64,000 nucleotides of DNA from Podarcis liolepis (taxonomy: Eukaryota). Of the stretch, positions 36,071-50,170 are shown piece after piece. The position numbers were made by a program, and so were the translations under genes. The stretch lies in NCBI GenBank assembly GCA_965112155.1, contig OZ218107.1; one strand, given 5' to 3'. The notes beneath the pieces are model-generated. The model saw only the letters and a list, made by a program, of their open reading frames with translations, did not search any database and was not told where the DNA came from. How positions within the stretch are numbered: the first letter of the stretch is position 1; each line of letters begins with the position of its first letter.

Positions 36071-36242
36071 GACGTAGTGTCAGTAGTTCTGTGACTCCTC
36101 AGGAAGAAGAGGACTTTCGACGACTCGCTTCCATGCCCAATATTTACGAGACGATTGCCAAGAGTATTGCTCCCTCCATCTATGGAAGCAGTGATATCAA
36201 GAAGGCTATTGCCTGCATGCTCTTTGGAGGCTCTCGGAAGAG
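36071..36242 (+). CDS. MCM5: MCM5 exon 8
   Basis: [26 protein letters not shown]; 172 nt. Confidence 0.96.
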
Positions 36243-36786
36243 GTATTGGCAACTGGCATGAAGGAAGAACAAAACAGGGGAATACAGTTAGAAGAAAGTG
36301 TCCTTTCGTGTCCCCCTCCTTCCATGTTGAAGGAGAGCAGCCCATTTAACAGTTTCATTTGTGTCCAGTGTGTGTCATGACTATTCCTGTCGAGTAGAGT
36401 CGAGACATACCAGAAGTATATTAAAATGAAATAAAGGTCATGCTGGCCACATGCCTTCTTCACTGAGGATGTCTCTAGTTGACCTGGGCAGTTCCTGGCT
36501 CGCTTCTCAAAACTTCCACTCACTAACTTGGGACATAATGCATTAACAAGCCAATCAAATGATAGCACGAGCATCTGTGGTTAATTTAATGCCAATAACT
36601 TGGTAAGGTGGAATGGAAGAAGGTGCCAGTGGCCTTGAAGCTCTTGGCAGCTACTTTTCGACAGGCTGGTTTGAAATACATCAGTTCTGTTCACTCAGGT
36701 GGTGAGTGCTGACAGGTGGAGCCAAAATGGGGCTACTAAGAAATGAGCTCACCTTCTCTCCTCCTCTCTCTGGCTTTACTCTACAG

Positions 36787-36898
36787 GCTTCCAGATGGGT
36801 TGACCCGCAGAGGAGATATTAATCTGCTCATGTTGGGAGACCCAGGCACAGCCAAGTCCCAGCTGCTGAAGTTTGTAGAAAGATGTTCACCCATTGGG
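36787..36898 (+). CDS. MCM5: MCM5 exon 9 (Walker A)
   Basis: [21 protein letters not shown]; 112 nt. Confidence 0.97.
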
Positions 36899-37069
36899 GT
36901 AAGTGTCCTGCATATTGCCTCTTCGGGATTAAAAATAGAAAAATCTGTACTGCTTTATTGCACCAAAAAGAAATAGCCATACAATGCATCAGAACTACCC
37001 AACTGAATTCACAAGGATATAACCTATGGATATATCAAAAATGCATTCAAACTGATCTTTGATGGGCGT

Positions 37070-37460
37070 GGGTTACTGCTGTCAGTAATCTCTGCTCTAC
37101 GGACCTCGTTTGGATTGTTGCAATACGCTCTTTGCAGGCTGCCCTCGAAAACAGAAGCTATAGCAAGTGCAGAATCTGGCTGCCAGGTTTATTAACTGGG
37201 GAAGTTATATGGGATGATGGACCACCTATCTTAATAGTTGTACACCAGTTGCCTGTATTCTGCTGGGCTTCATTATAAAGCCTTGTACAGCCCAGAGCCC
37301 AAATATCTGCAGATGAACCTTCCTGACCCCATAATGGACGATTCAAAAATTTAATTGGGGGTGGGGTCTTTCCTTGTAGTTCTTGCCAGGATTCGGAGTG
37401 GGGTGTACACAGAAGGCCTATCTCCATGATAAGGCCTTGACTCAGGATGATCTCCCCCTT
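37070..37460 (+). mobile_element. Old L2 ORF2 fragment
   Basis: Degenerate RLDxCN and VQNxAAR motifs. Confidence 0.55.
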
Positions 37461-37515
37461 TGAGATGTATCTGTTTCCCACATTATTGGGTTACACCAGG
37501 TTTTCCATAAACTGA

Positions 37516-37812
<297 letters not shown>

Positions 37813-38292
37813 TGAAGCAGGCCTCCTAGTACACCTACTTTCTCCAACATAGAGCCTTCCAAATGCTGTGGATCACATCTCCCATCATCTCTGGCCATTG
37901 AACGTGTTGGCTGGGGCTGATAGGAATTTTAGTCCAAAGCAACCGGTTAGCTTTGGGGATGCCACAAAAAGATGAGGTCAGGACAGTGTATTGATATATA
38001 TTAAGTAATGCATAATATAAGCAGATGCTACGAGGCCAACTGGCCCTAAAAAAACAACACCCATTAGGACTGTGGGCAAATGGTTACAATCCTGAGGTAA
38101 AAGTTTTTCAAAATGTTGATCATATGCTGTATAGATTCATTTGTTACATGAAGGGTTTACATTCTGAAGTTTAATGAAGCCACTAGTTAATGGATAAATA
38201 ACAATATTGTAGTGCAGCCCTCAGGGAGGGGGAGATGGGGTAGCATCTTGCATCAGTTACCCATGCCTGAAAAAGCAGGAAATAGTGTAGAT

Positions 38293-38426
38293 CAGGCATG
38301 GCCAAACTCGGCCTTTAGCTGTTTTGGGACTACAATTCCATCATCCCTAGCTAACAGGACCAGTGGTCAGGGATGATGGGAATTGTAGTCCCAAAACAGC
38401 TGGAGGGACAAGTTTGACCATGCCTG
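38293..38426. mobile_element. Palindromic hAT-Charlie MITE
   Basis: TIR CAGGCATGG(C/T)CAAAC; TSD GTGTAG(AT/GC). Confidence 0.8.
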
Positions 38427-38545
38427 GTGTAGGCTGTTTGATGCTCTCTTCCATTCCTATGAGAAACCTGACTCTATACTTTTTCTGGATTCTGTTTCTC
38501 CTCTCTCCTCCCCCCTCCCCGCCCCCCTTTTTTTTGTTTCTATAG

Positions 38546-38644
<99 letters not shown>

Positions 38645-38964
38645 TAGGCATGGTGTCCCACCTGCTTGCTTTAAGTATCTTCAGCCTGTGAGTCTTGCGC
38701 TTAAACTTGGATCTCTTATTGGGCTTTTAAATGGTAAGGGCCCAATTAAGCGGGGTTAATTTCTTCCCACTGGCATGCAAAAGGAAAAAGAGCGGATGAG
38801 TTTCCAAAGTGGCTTCGAGCATTAACCTTCACCCTATGGGCCTGGTCTGCATTCAGCACTTGCATGTGGGTTTACGTGCCCATTGATTTTGCATTATTTA
38901 CTGTCATGCTTCAGATTGTAGCTGATGTGACTTTTTTCCTTTTCACCTTGGTGCGCTCACACAG

Positions 38965-39141
38965 GCCGGTATCACGACCACCCTCAACTCGCGCTGCTCC
39001 GTGTTGGCAGCTGCCAACTCCGTCTTCGGTCGCTGGGATGAAACTAAAGGCGAGGAGAACATAGACTTCATGCCCACCATCCTTTCCCGATTTGACATGA
39101 TCTTCATTGTCAAGGATGAGCACAATGAGGAAAGAGATATG
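38965..39141 (+). CDS. MCM5: MCM5 exon 12 (arginine finger)
   Basis: [18 protein letters not shown]...ILSRFD; 177 nt. Confidence 0.96.
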
Positions 39142-39756
39142 GTAGGTGGGCTGGGTAGCTCTGTGTACAGGGAAGGCACTTTAGGGCTGCCTGCCGGGGA
39201 GACCAACTACCTTGTGATAGCAGAAGAGGGACTGTATCTTCAGACATGACCCTGCTTTTCATGCATTTGCCATGGAAGAGCACTTCTGGAGGATGGAATA
39301 GGCCCTTGGCCCCAACAGTGTATGTTTTCTGATCAGCTTGTCCTCCTAGGTAGCATAACATCCTTGATAGGATTTAGCATTTCCCCAGGCTGGGAAGCTG
39401 AAATCCAAAGGCCAATCTGAACTAATCTTGTGCTCCAAGTCCCATATCTGCCCCAGAATGCTTTGCTGCTCGATGAGGCCACACAACCTCTCAGCCTCTG
39501 GCATGGGAATATTGTGCAGTCTGCCTGCACAAGATGATTTTATTTGCAAGTCTGCAGAGCATGCTGTAAACTGAGACTGCTTCCTAAAGGATAGATTATA
39601 ACTGAGGACTAAGGCAGGGCAGAGCCACTGTTAGAGCCTAGCCTGCACTTGTTTAAATGAATTCTTTGCCGGCCATATGTTTCCTGCATGTTGAAAAGAC
39701 TCCTGTTTGGTCTGCTTCGTGCTTCCAACCCCTCCTGCTCTGTGCTGTATCCACAG

Positions 39757-39869
39757 ATACTGGCCAAGCACGTGATGTCTCTGCATGTGAGTGCTCTGAC
39801 CCAGACCCAAGCTGTGGAGGGGGAGATTGAACTGAACAAACTGAAGAAGATGATCGCGTACTGCCGAGC
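39757..39869 (+). CDS. MCM5: MCM5 exon 13
   Basis: [23 protein letters not shown]; 113 nt. Confidence 0.95.
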
Positions 39870-40142
39870 GTGAGTCAATTGAGAAATTGTAGCACCGTCA
39901 CCTGCGAAGGATGGCAAGCGCTTCTAAACAAGCTGTATGGTGGGCTGAGACATAGCTAGTGCCCCTTTCTTGCTCTCCATGCCCCCTTTAACTGAAAGCA
40001 GCCTGAATAGTTGTGAATGTCACAATGCTAAAAAGCCTTGTCCACCTTAGCTTTTAAAAGCTCAGAGTGAATTCTTTTGTTGCCCTAAAGCAAATGGAGG
40101 GGTGGCATGGAACAAATATTGATACCACCACTGTCCCCCATT

Positions 40143-40143
<1 letters not shown>

Positions 40144-40180
<37 letters not shown>

Positions 40181-40445
40181 ATTGGTTTTTTTATATATCA
40201 TTTTCAACAATCATTTAACATATAACAATATTTTAGACTTCCGTCAACCACCTCTGATGATTTTCCGTTCTTTATCGCTTATTCTTCATTTCTTAATTTC
40301 TCTATTACTCTTAATTATCATTAACTAATAATTCTCTTCACAGTCTTTCTTGCAATATTTCAAATAGTCCTCCTTACAGAACTTCTTGCAGTCCTACTAG
40401 CGTAATCTGTTCATTACAATTGCTTTTCAAATAGTTCATATATTT
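40144..40445 (-). mobile_element. L1-type 3' fragment with a microsatellite at its tail
   Basis: 17-bp TSD ACCACTGTCCCCCATTC (40127-40143/40446-40462). Confidence 0.7.
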
Positions 40446-40905
40446 ACCACTGTCCCCCATTCCTAACCCTCCCAACATTTTCACTGTCATTCCTCATCAC
40501 ACTGCATTCTACTGTCAAGGGCCATATCCCACAAACCACAAGGCCAAGTCTTCCAGAACTATGTGAAGGCATATTGCTCCAGTATAACCTTTATAACTTG
40601 CCATTCAAACTTCAGTTTCTGCAACTTGAGCTTCCGCTTAGCTGTTTTGGGTAGTGCTTCTGAGTTTAATGACAGTGCTGAGTCGTTGGGGATGCTGTAG
40701 GGAAAGCTGGATTAGATCTCCAAAAATCTGCTCTCAAAAGTATAAAGCTGTTTTTGGCTCGGGGTTTGAATGGGATGGAGACTCTTCCAGATGGGTGAGA
40801 CTGGAGAAGATCTGTGGCGGAGCCAGTTGGTAGGGAAGCCTCTGGTAGAATTGTGCGAGTTCGGTGCTCCCTCTGATTTATTAAGCCCTGAAATGTCCTC
40901 TGCAG

Positions 40906-41034
40906 GAAGTGCGGCCCTCGTCTTTCTGCAGAGGCCGCAGAGAAGCTGAAGAACCGCTACATCCTCATGCGCAGCGGAGCTCGCCAGCACGAGAGGGAAA
41001 GCGACCGCCGATCCAGCATTCCCATTACGGTCAG
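40906..41034 (+). CDS. MCM5: MCM5 exon 14
   Basis: [22 protein letters not shown]...IPITVR; 129 nt. Confidence 0.96.
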
Positions 41035-41833
41035 GTGAGGTGGCAGCAGGTGTCTGTGAGGGATGGGGAGGAATGTAAAGGACGGTGCCTAGGAGGATGG
41101 CCTAGGCAGGCTCCCTTGTGTGAGGCCAAGACAGATGCACTGTTGAGACAAGATGGTCAGATCTTTCTCAGGGAAGTTGCGTTGGATGACGGATGTGTGT
41201 CCTTCTGCTGGCTGCTTGGATCGAGTGGGGGCACAGATGCTGACTGAAGGTTCTCTTTAGGAATCTTGCCTGACTGGTTGGGCTTGGCCTGGGCCATGAA
41301 TTGGGACTGTGCGCTGATGAGAAGGGAGACTTGGCTATGTGAGGCTTTGTTCTCTGCCTGGCCTAGTTTTTGCTGAGATGGTAATATTGCACCTCTCCAG
41401 ACCTCAAGTGTAGAAAGTGTTTCATGACTGAATGTTCTCGGCACAGGAATGGGAAACCTGTAGCCTTCCCATACGTTCCTGCGTTAACTGCTCCCATAAT
41501 CTCTTGACCAGCTGCAGTGGAGATCCTCTACAATTAAAAAAATAAAAATAAAAATCCCTGCACATAGAAATCTGTATCTCAATGGAAAGCATAGGTTTGG
41601 GTGCCTTCTTCCTTGTCATATACCTGCTTTATTTTCCTACATTGTATAGATGTACATTCTGTGTTGAAGTGCAGCATGTCTAGGCTTAAGGGCAATTTCT
41701 ACCTGCTATTAACAATTGCAATTTCTAGCAAGTGTTTCTTCTATTCTCAGCATTTGATTTGAGGTTTTGCCTCCGTACGTTTCCCGTTCCCTTGCTGCGA
41801 TAACCTTCATTTCTTTCCCCTTCGAGATATATA

Positions 41834-42033
41834 CAGTGGTACCTCGGAAGTCGAATGGAATCCATTCCGGAAGTCTGTTTGACTTCAAAAAATGTTTGGA
41901 AGCCGCAGAAGTCACATTGGACGTTTGGGTTCCAAAGAACGTTCGCAAACTGGAACCACTCACTTCCGGGTTTGCGGCATTCGGGAGCCAAAACGTTCAA
42001 TTTGCAAGGTGTTTGGGATCCAAGGTACGACTG
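41834..42033. mobile_element. Tigger-like MITE
   Basis: TA TSD; TIR CAGT(G/C)GTACCT. Confidence 0.85.
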
Positions 42034-42061
42034 TATATGATGTTTCCTTTCTGCCATGCAG

Positions 42062-42204
42062 GCAGCTGGAGGCCATTGTGCGGATTGCAGAGTCCCTCAG
42101 CAAGATGAAGCTCCAGCCTTTTGCCACGGACGCAGACGTTGAGGAAGCCCTGCGGCTCTTCCAGGTGTCTACGCTCGATGCTGCCATGTCGGGCAGCCTC
42201 TCAG
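42062..42204 (+). CDS. MCM5: MCM5 exon 15
   Basis: [21 protein letters not shown]; 143 nt. Confidence 0.96.
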
Positions 42205-42570
42205 GTGAGACAACAAAATGGCCGCACACTTGCACAACACCCGTGTCCTCTGGAAGTATTTGGGTATACATAGTCTTGTTGGAAAGATACAAAATGTGCT
42301 CTTTCCAGTGGAAAAGGCAGTCGATACCATGTGCCATTGATTTACAAGGTGTGTTTAGGGTAGGCCACTTTCCCTTTTGGACAGCGTTCCAGAGGCCACA
42401 GGCAAGGGACATTCCCAGCCTTATTTGGAGACGCTGAGGATTGCACCTGGTATATTTTGCATGTAGATGCACTATACCCCTAACCCACCCACTCCATTGT
42501 ACTGTGTTAACTAGGTGGTGCAGTGGTGCCCACATATTTTTGCATTTAAGCTTCTGTAAAGAGAACTGCA

Positions 42571-42780
42571 GGGATGCAGGGGGCGCTGTGGTCTAAACCA
42601 CAGAGCCTAGGGCTTGCCAATCAGAAGGTTCGGCGGTTCGAATCCCCGCGATGGGGTGAGCTCCTGTTGCTCGGTCCCAGCTCAGACAAATGCCGGCTCC
42701 CTTGGCCTATAGAGCGAGATGAACGCGCAACCCCAGAGTCATCCATGACTGGACCTAATGGTCAGGGGTACCTTTACCCT
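42571..42780 (+). mobile_element. Internally deleted Sauria SINE
   Basis: TSD TAAAGAGAACTGCA; central part missing. Confidence 0.9.
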
Positions 42781-42812
42781 TAAAGAGAACTGCATTTAAA
42801 TCTCTTCTCTAG

Positions 42813-42940
42813 GCGTGGAGGGTTTCACTACGCAGGAGGACCAGGAGATGCTGTCGCGCATTGAAAAGCAGCTCAAGCGTCGCTTTGCCATTGGCTCCCA
42901 AGTCTCCGAACACAGCATCATCCAGGATTTCGTGAAGCAA
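42813..42940 (+). CDS. MCM5: MCM5 exon 16
   Basis: [32 protein letters not shown]; 128 nt. Confidence 0.96.
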
Positions 42941-44655
42941 GTGAGTTCAGTGGGTCAGGCAATTCATGGCATGCTTGGGAGAGGCTGGCAGAATTTGCGA
43001 CCTACGAAGCCACACGCGAGCTGCCAAACACTGATAATCCGTCTCTCTTTGTGGTCCTTCAAAGGCAGTAACAAAATTTTTAAGAGGCTTACACAAGCCA
43101 AGGGTTGCAGTATCATGAGATGCTATCCACCCCTGGTGTGCAGAAATTTGGCTTTGTTCAGGTTACAAGTTTCGCAGGCCTGAGCTAGAGCCCTTGTGGA
43201 CTACTACTTCCATTGAAGAGAAACTTTTGTACTGCTCTTAATGGTTTTACAGTGCTATACAACTGCCCTGGTATTTTATGAGAGGATATTTATAATCTAT
43301 AAATAGAAATAAGTACACACACCTGATCTCCTTACCCACATTTGTTGAAGAGCAACAGACTGGGGGATATTTATTTTAAAAACAAACACTTCTAGCTGCT
43401 TTCACAATTTCTTCATGATGCTGAAAGATCTGAAGTACCTGTTTTCTGAAACAATAACACTTTACACTCAAGGATGCCTAGAATTGACTCCCTTTTTTTC
43501 GTTAACACAAGACATTTAACACACTTAACATAGTTGAGGGCTCTTCACTCACTCCTGCTATGCTTGTGCCCTGGTTGTGAGATTCGCAGAGGAATCTGAT
43601 TGGCTGCTAAGAGAACAAGACGTTAAATTAAATCAGCCTGATCCAAAAGCTTTTCTTAAGTTCTCACCTTGCTTCCGACGCTGCAAGTCATCTCTGAAGC
43701 AAGTTAAGAGGGGTCTGTTCACTTCATCTCCATGGGAACAAGCCAACATTTCTGCTTTTGGAAGCCAAAGTTCCCACACCCCCTAAACGGATTGTATGAC
43801 ATCTACTTGCAGGCTCACAATGCCATGTATCATTGCCCAGTAAAGAAAGGTTCTGGAAAAGCTGCTATGGCACCCATGGGGGCCATAGGGCAGCTTTCTC
43901 ATGAGCTGTTCACCCACAGCAAGCCCTGGGGTGATGTTGAACAGCTGGCCACAGTCGCCATTTTGATTTGGCTCTGAGCATGCCATCTTCGGCAAGCTGC
44001 TGGGGATAATGCTCTGAAGGGCAGACGAGGGATGCAATTCTGCTGCTGAAGTGAAGCAGGGGTAGCCCTGTAAGCTGCCTGCACAGGAGACGAACTAGGA
44101 AGCGCATAAAGGGACTCTGTGCTCTTTTGAAGGAAGGAAGAGGGGGAATAAGGTTTGACTGTCCCCACACGAGGATGTGGCTTCTATGTGCAAGAGCTAT
44201 CACTGGAGCCCTGCTTCTCGTCACTGAGGATGCAACCCTGCACACCTACCACTGCCACATCCAGCTCTGACCCTTCTCTGCTCTCTCAAGTTACTTGAGC
44301 TGGATGGACCACACTGGGAATGACCATAGACCCATAATACATAGCATAGAGTGAAAATGAAAAAAGCAGTGTTTGACCTTCTCTGCCTCACCCACTCCAC
44401 TTTCCCCTTCAAACCGAGCACTGTGTTCTTGTTGCATCTCAGAAGCAAAGCTTCTCTGCTAGAGCAGACACTCATCTAGACACCCTGAATGATAAATTTA
44501 CCCAGGAGCTGGCTTCTTAACTCACCCAACATCCCCACCTCCAACCCAGCTCAGCGATTGTTTTTCAGCAAGATCTCCTCATTCCATATATGTCCACCTG
44601 ACTGCTTTGACCTATGGAACTGTCACAGCTTCCACTCTCACCACATTTGTAAGTA

Positions 44656-44898
44656 CAGTGGTACCTTTGTTCTCAAACTTAAATCCATTCCGGGAGTCCG
44701 TCCGACTCCCAGAACGGTTCGAAAACCAAGGTGTGGCTTCCGATTGGCTATAGGACCTTCCTGCACTCAAGAGGAAGCTGCATCGGATGTTCGGCTTCCG
44801 AAGAACATTCGCAAACTGGAACACTTACTCTTGGGTTTGCAGCATTTGGGAGCTGATTTGTTTGGGAGCCAAGCCATTCGAGTACCAAGGTACCACTG
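44656..44898. mobile_element. Tigger-like MITE
   Basis: TA TSD; TIR CAGTGGTACCTT; a decayed relative lies at about 22110-22315. Confidence 0.85.
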
Positions 44899-45007
44899 TA
44901 ATTGATACTTTAGTGTGGCAGCACTTACACTTTGGAACTCCCTGCCTGTTGACATCAGGCAGGTGCCTTCACTGTGTGCTTTTTGGCACCCACTATAGGC
45001 GAATGTA

Positions 45008-45367
45008 GGGACGCGGGTGGCGATGTGGTCTAAACCACTGAGCCTAGGGCTTGCCGATCAGAAGGTCGGCAGTTCGAATCCCCTCGACAGGGTGAGCTCC
45101 CATTGCTCGGTCCCTGTTCCTTCCCACCTAGCAGTTCTAAAGTATGCCAGTGCAAGTAGATAAATAGGTACCACTCTGGTGGGAAGGTAAACAGCATTTC
45201 CGTGTGCCGCTCTGGTTCACCAGAAGTGGCTTAGTCATGCTGGCCACATGACCCGGAAGCTGTCTGCAGACAAACGCCGGCTCCCTTGGCCAATAAAGCA
45301 AGATGAGTGCCGCAACCCCAGAGTCGGCCACGACTGGACCTAATGGTCAGGGGTACCTTTACCTTTT
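45008..45367 (+). mobile_element. Sauria SINE
   Basis: Full length; degenerate TSD TATAGG...TGTA. Confidence 0.9.
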
Positions 45368-45625
45368 TATAGGGAAGTGTATACAGACATGTAGAATATT
45401 GACAAGTGGTTTTTTAAAAAAATTAAAAATCCTACAATTGATTTTAAATAGTTCTTTTTAAAATTTATTTATAATTTCATTGTTTCCTCCTTTTCGTAAA
45501 ACACTTTGAAGGTGGTGAGGGTTTTTTTTTTAAAAAAAAACAACTGAGCGGCAAATGCCTTTTTGTAAATAAAATAAACAGTGGGCCTCACAGACTTTCT
45601 TCCTGCTCTCTCGCCTCCTTCCCAG

Positions 45626-45727
45626 AAATACCCTGAGCATTCCATCTACAAAGTGCTGCAACTCATGATGCGCCGTGGCGAGATCCAGCATCGCATGCAG
45701 CGCAAGGTCCTCTACCGCATCAAGTAG
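45626..45727 (+). CDS. MCM5: MCM5 exon 17 with stop
   Basis: [33 protein letters not shown]; summed CDS 2205 nt = 734 aa. Confidence 0.97.
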   Translation, partial: KYPEHSIYKVLQLMMRRGEIQHRMQRKVLYRIK

Positions 45728-46012
45728 AACGCCACTTCCTTCCGTGAGCTTCAGGAGCCGATTGGCTCTCCCCACACTTGGCACAAAAGTTCTGTGAGTC
45801 CCCTCAGGCTGTTTGCTTCCTGTCCCTACCAGAAAGGTCCTTCAGAGACTGGCCCATCTATGTCTTGTGGATGGAAACTCTTTGTGGCACAGAGGCTGAT
45901 AAGAAGAGCTGCTGCTGCTGCTGCTGTTGTTATTTTGTTCCAGCTTTCCCATTAAAGTGTCGCCTTGATGTTTTGCTAGAACATCAAAAGCTTTTTAGCT
46001 GCATTAAAACTT

Positions 46013-46018
46013 AATAAA
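46013..46018 (+). terminator. MCM5 poly(A) signal
   Basis: AATAAA followed by a GU-rich downstream element (46030-46060). Confidence 0.8.
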
Positions 46019-46720
46019 TGAAATATAGTCGTGTTTGTTGTGGGCGTGTGAGTGTTTGGTGGGCTGCCCGGCATACATGCAAGAGGGTCACCTTCCCGGC
46101 TTGTTTCTGCTAGATCTTGTTCACACAAGGCCTGGAAGCTTAGTCCAGGAAATCAATACCACGATCTGAAGTGATCCACATTGCATGGTGATCTCAGGTG
46201 GGCCTGCATTGAGGTCGCTGAGACGGCTCCAGGAGCGAAGCGTTTGCAGAAAATAAAAATCCTTCCCTTGAGTATTTGTTCCAAGGCATGTTTATGCCAC
46301 CTGATTCTTGTGCACAGCGGTGACGCATCGGTAATGAATTAATTGCCAGTTAGTAAGTGAAGTCATTTGTGTGTGTGTCATTCAGTGGTAGAGGCAAGGA
46401 AGGAAGCGTGCTGAGGGTTGCAGAGAGGAGATGCTAGGATAAATCTCCCCCCCCTTTTTTTTTTTGCAGAAACAGATATAGCAGGTCCAGATGTTGGTCC
46501 TCCAGATGTTGTTGAACCACAACTCCCATCAGCACTGGCAAGAATGGCAGTGGTAGACAGGGATGGTGGGAGTTATCATTTGGGATTTGTTCCCATGGGA
46601 TATGGGGGTGGCCACCAACTTTGAAAGGGAGTTAGACCGTTTCATGCAGGATAAGTCATGATGGCCATTTGCTACCTTTGCCTAGTGGAGGCAAAATGCC
46701 TCTAAATACCAGCTGTCTAA

Positions 46721-47070
46721 GGGACGCGGGTGGCGCTGTGGATTAAACCACAGAGCCTATGACTTGCTGATCAGAAGGTTGGCGATTCGAATCCCTGTGA
46801 CAGGGTGAGCTCCCGTTGCTTGGTTCCTGCTCCTGCCTACCTAGCAGTTCGAAAGCATGTCAAAGTGCAAGTAGATAAATAGGTACCGCTCCGGCGGGAA
46901 GGTAAATGGTGTTTCTGTGCACTGCTCTGGTTCACCAGAAGCAGCTTAGTCATGCTGGCCACATGACCTGGAAGCTGTACGCCGGCTCCCTCGGCCAATA
47001 AAGCGAGATGAGTGCCGCAACCCCAGAGTCGGCCACGACTGGACCTAATGGTCAGGGGTCCCTTTACCTT
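46721..47070 (+). mobile_element. Sauria SINE
   Basis: Full length; TSD core TACCAGCTGT. Confidence 0.9.
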
Positions 47071-48012
47071 TACCAGCTGTTTACAGACATGAGGAGGAAA
47101 GGCCCATTGCCCTTGTATTCAGTTTCTGGCTTCTCACATTCCTACACTGCAGGGGGTTGGACTAATGGCCCCTTGGGGTCTCTTCCAGCTCTAAGATTCC
47201 ATGATCTACATCTCATTGGCTGCTGTGGAAAACAGGATGCTGGACTAAATAGGCCTTGGTGATATTTTTGCAGGGCACTTAAGAGTTACTTCTAGATGAC
47301 CATTAATGCCAGAGCAGAGGCAGCAGAGAGTTCAGCCTTATTCTTGCAAGTAGGGAAAGGTTTTAACCAGAAAGGAGCCAAGACACTTGGGCCAGGTAGC
47401 AAATGCTCGCAGGTGAGTGGGGTGCACCCCTGCACAGCTTTCCTGCATGCGCTTATATTCTCTTTTAGGGAAGTGTCCGTTTCTGCACATAGTGCTGCCC
47501 CCAAAGTGCAAAGGTTCTCTTGTACTTGCTCTGAGGGAATATGTCCTTATTGCATTTTTATTTTGTGCTCTTCGCCCCCCCCCCCCCCGTGTTGCACAAA
47601 GGAGCACCTCAATAAGAAATTCACTAAGGCCATCCTAAGAAAATCCTCGTTACCATTAAAGCCAAATAACAGGACCAACGTAACAGGGATAGTTAGAAGA
47701 GCTGTGCTAAGTTATCCCCCAAAGCCTTGGCAATAAAGTGACCTCTTTACCTGCCCAGTATATTAACACAAGTAGGTGGTATATGTACAGGGAACAGCTT
47801 TACACAAACCAGCTTCCTAGATGGTTAATTGGGCTGTATACAGGGGTAGGACTACTCAGAGGAGAACCTTTAAAATTAATGGGCATGGCTAACGTAGATT
47901 AATTCATTTCAGTGGGTCTGCTCTGAGTTTAACTCAGTTGCCTACAACATATAGTAAATCTTAAGTGCAATGCCTGCTTTTAACTTTTGGGTAGTGTATT
48001 GTGGTTTGAACT

Positions 48013-48340
48013 GGACACGGGTGGCGCTGTGGTCTAAACCACTGAGCCTCTTGGGCTTGCTGATCAGAAGGTCTGTGGTTTGAATCCTGTTGCTCTGTCC
48101 CAGCTTTTGTCAACCTAGCAGTTCGAAAGCACGGCAGTGCAGGTAGGTAAGTAGGCGGGAAGGTAAACTGTCACAGTGTTCAGCTGCACCAAAAGCAGTT
48201 TAGTCATGCTGGCCACATTCCCTGGAAAGCTGTCTGTGGACAAACACCGCCCCCCTCGGCCTGAAATAGAGATGAGTGCCATAACTCCATAGTCGCCTTT
48301 GACTGGATTTAACCATCCAGGGGTCCTTTACCTTTTTACC
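48013..48340 (+). mobile_element. Sauria SINE (older subfamily)
   Basis: TSD TGTGGTTTGA; same subfamily tail as 35-396. Confidence 0.85.
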
Positions 48341-49881
48341 TGTGGTTTGAGGCATTTTAGTAATGGTTATTAATGTTCCGGTGGTAACAACATTGCTGTC
48401 GTGATGTGGGGAAGTTTGACCTGTGACTTAGCGATTTGGAGACAATGGCGGGAGGTCCATATTACGAACCTGTCATTTTCTCAAACTGCCTCCGTACCTT
48501 CTAAAAATGACAATAACATGGAATTTTGGCGATTGATAAGTTCACTTGAGTGCTACATAGATATTGGTCAGTAGAGGGCACTAGCGCTTTGAGAACAAAG
48601 TGCAGGGACTCAATGAGTCCTTGGTTGAGATGTTAAAAGTTGGTTTACCAAAATTAAAAGGAAGAGACAAAGTGGCTTGTGATGAGAGAGTGACTAAGCC
48701 ATCCGCTTCTGCTGCCCTCAGCTGGAAGGGCACCACATGAGATCCGCATGCAGATTCATGTCTATTCTTGAACATGTGGACTCATACTCGTAATAGGCAG
48801 ATCCATTGAAATGTGACAAGTGGGGGTTCTCCATGACAAGCGATAGCTGCTTTTTCTGGATGAATTTGCTGCAGCACGATCCAGCTTTTGCAAAAAAAAC
48901 CCCAGTTTCTTTTGGCCTGTGTTGCATTGTCAACCAAAGGCGTTGCTAAATCATGTAACGGTTGCAGTTTATGGCAAGTTAATAGGCTTGCCCCACTGAG
49001 GTAATGGATTTTGGGTTTCCCCCTCTCATCTGTTTGTTACATTTTAAGTTAGTGTAGTTTTGCATCCTGGTTTAGAAAGCATTGATCTCTTCCCTCCAAA
49101 GCTGCTATGGGTCCCTAGAGATTGCTGGAACCTTGGCCAGCTAGTCAGGGACAAATGATGCCATTTTGGCTCTTGGGCTGGAGTCTGACAAGGCCCAGAG
49201 AGGAACCTTTGACCCTCTAGACGCTGCTGAGCTACAACGTCCATCGATCCATGGCTCTTGGCTATGCTTGCGGGGACTGATGAAAGTTGTGGTTCAGTGG
49301 CATCTGGAGTGCCAAAGCTTCCCCACGCCTTCCCTAGGTCAAGTGGCAGTGAGTTCCAGAGCCCATTACAGGGGTGTAAGGACCTCTGAGCTTTCCTTTC
49401 AGTTTAGTACCACTGTCAATACCTCAAGACCCTCTGTGTAAAATATAAATGAGTCTCAGAGTGCATTTCTCTCCCACGTCTGCATACTCCTCTCAAATTA
49501 AGGGCCAATCTTTGTGATTATTTCCCAGAAGCTAATGGCAGTGCAGCCTGCTGCTAAGTCCTTGCTTTGTAGCCCTTTCCCCACTGCTCTCTGGAAGAAA
49601 CTGTCAAGCAGTCTTGCGCAAGCTTCGTACCCTGTTCTCCATTAGCTAGTCTGGTGGATCTGTTTTCTAATTAGCAGCAGAACTGACAACATCGCCCGCA
49701 GCAGAGAATTGGCAAGCTCTGTGACCTTAGTATGTGCTAGGGACTATTCATCCTCTCAAAAGCCATTGTGCGTTTCCACACCCAAATGAAACCCCTGTGG
49801 CAAGAATCTAAAAAAAAAACCTGGGCAGCAGGGAGGCTGGTGACACTCATTAAGAGCACTTGGTCTCCTATTGTCCTAATG

Positions 49882-50170
49882 CAATGGTTCTCAAAATTTT
49901 CCTTCTGGGCCACAGTTTCAGAACAAACATTTGCCACACCAGTTTTTTTTTTTATTGATAAGAAACACATTGGAAGACAAAAAGAAGCAACTCCTAGCAG
50001 TCCTTGATTTATAACATGGAACGTGACTACTTTATAATATGATCATGAGACATCCAGGAAGTATGAAACAATGCAGAATATGAATCATTCCCTAAATATA
50101 AAATGGATTGTCCTTGAATATTCCTGCCACGCTTGCCATCCTCTCCTGCCACACCCTTGGAGAACCACTG
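49882..50170. mobile_element. Old hAT-Charlie element
   Basis: TIR CA(A/G)TGGTTCTC; degenerate TSD xCCTAATx. Confidence 0.65.
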
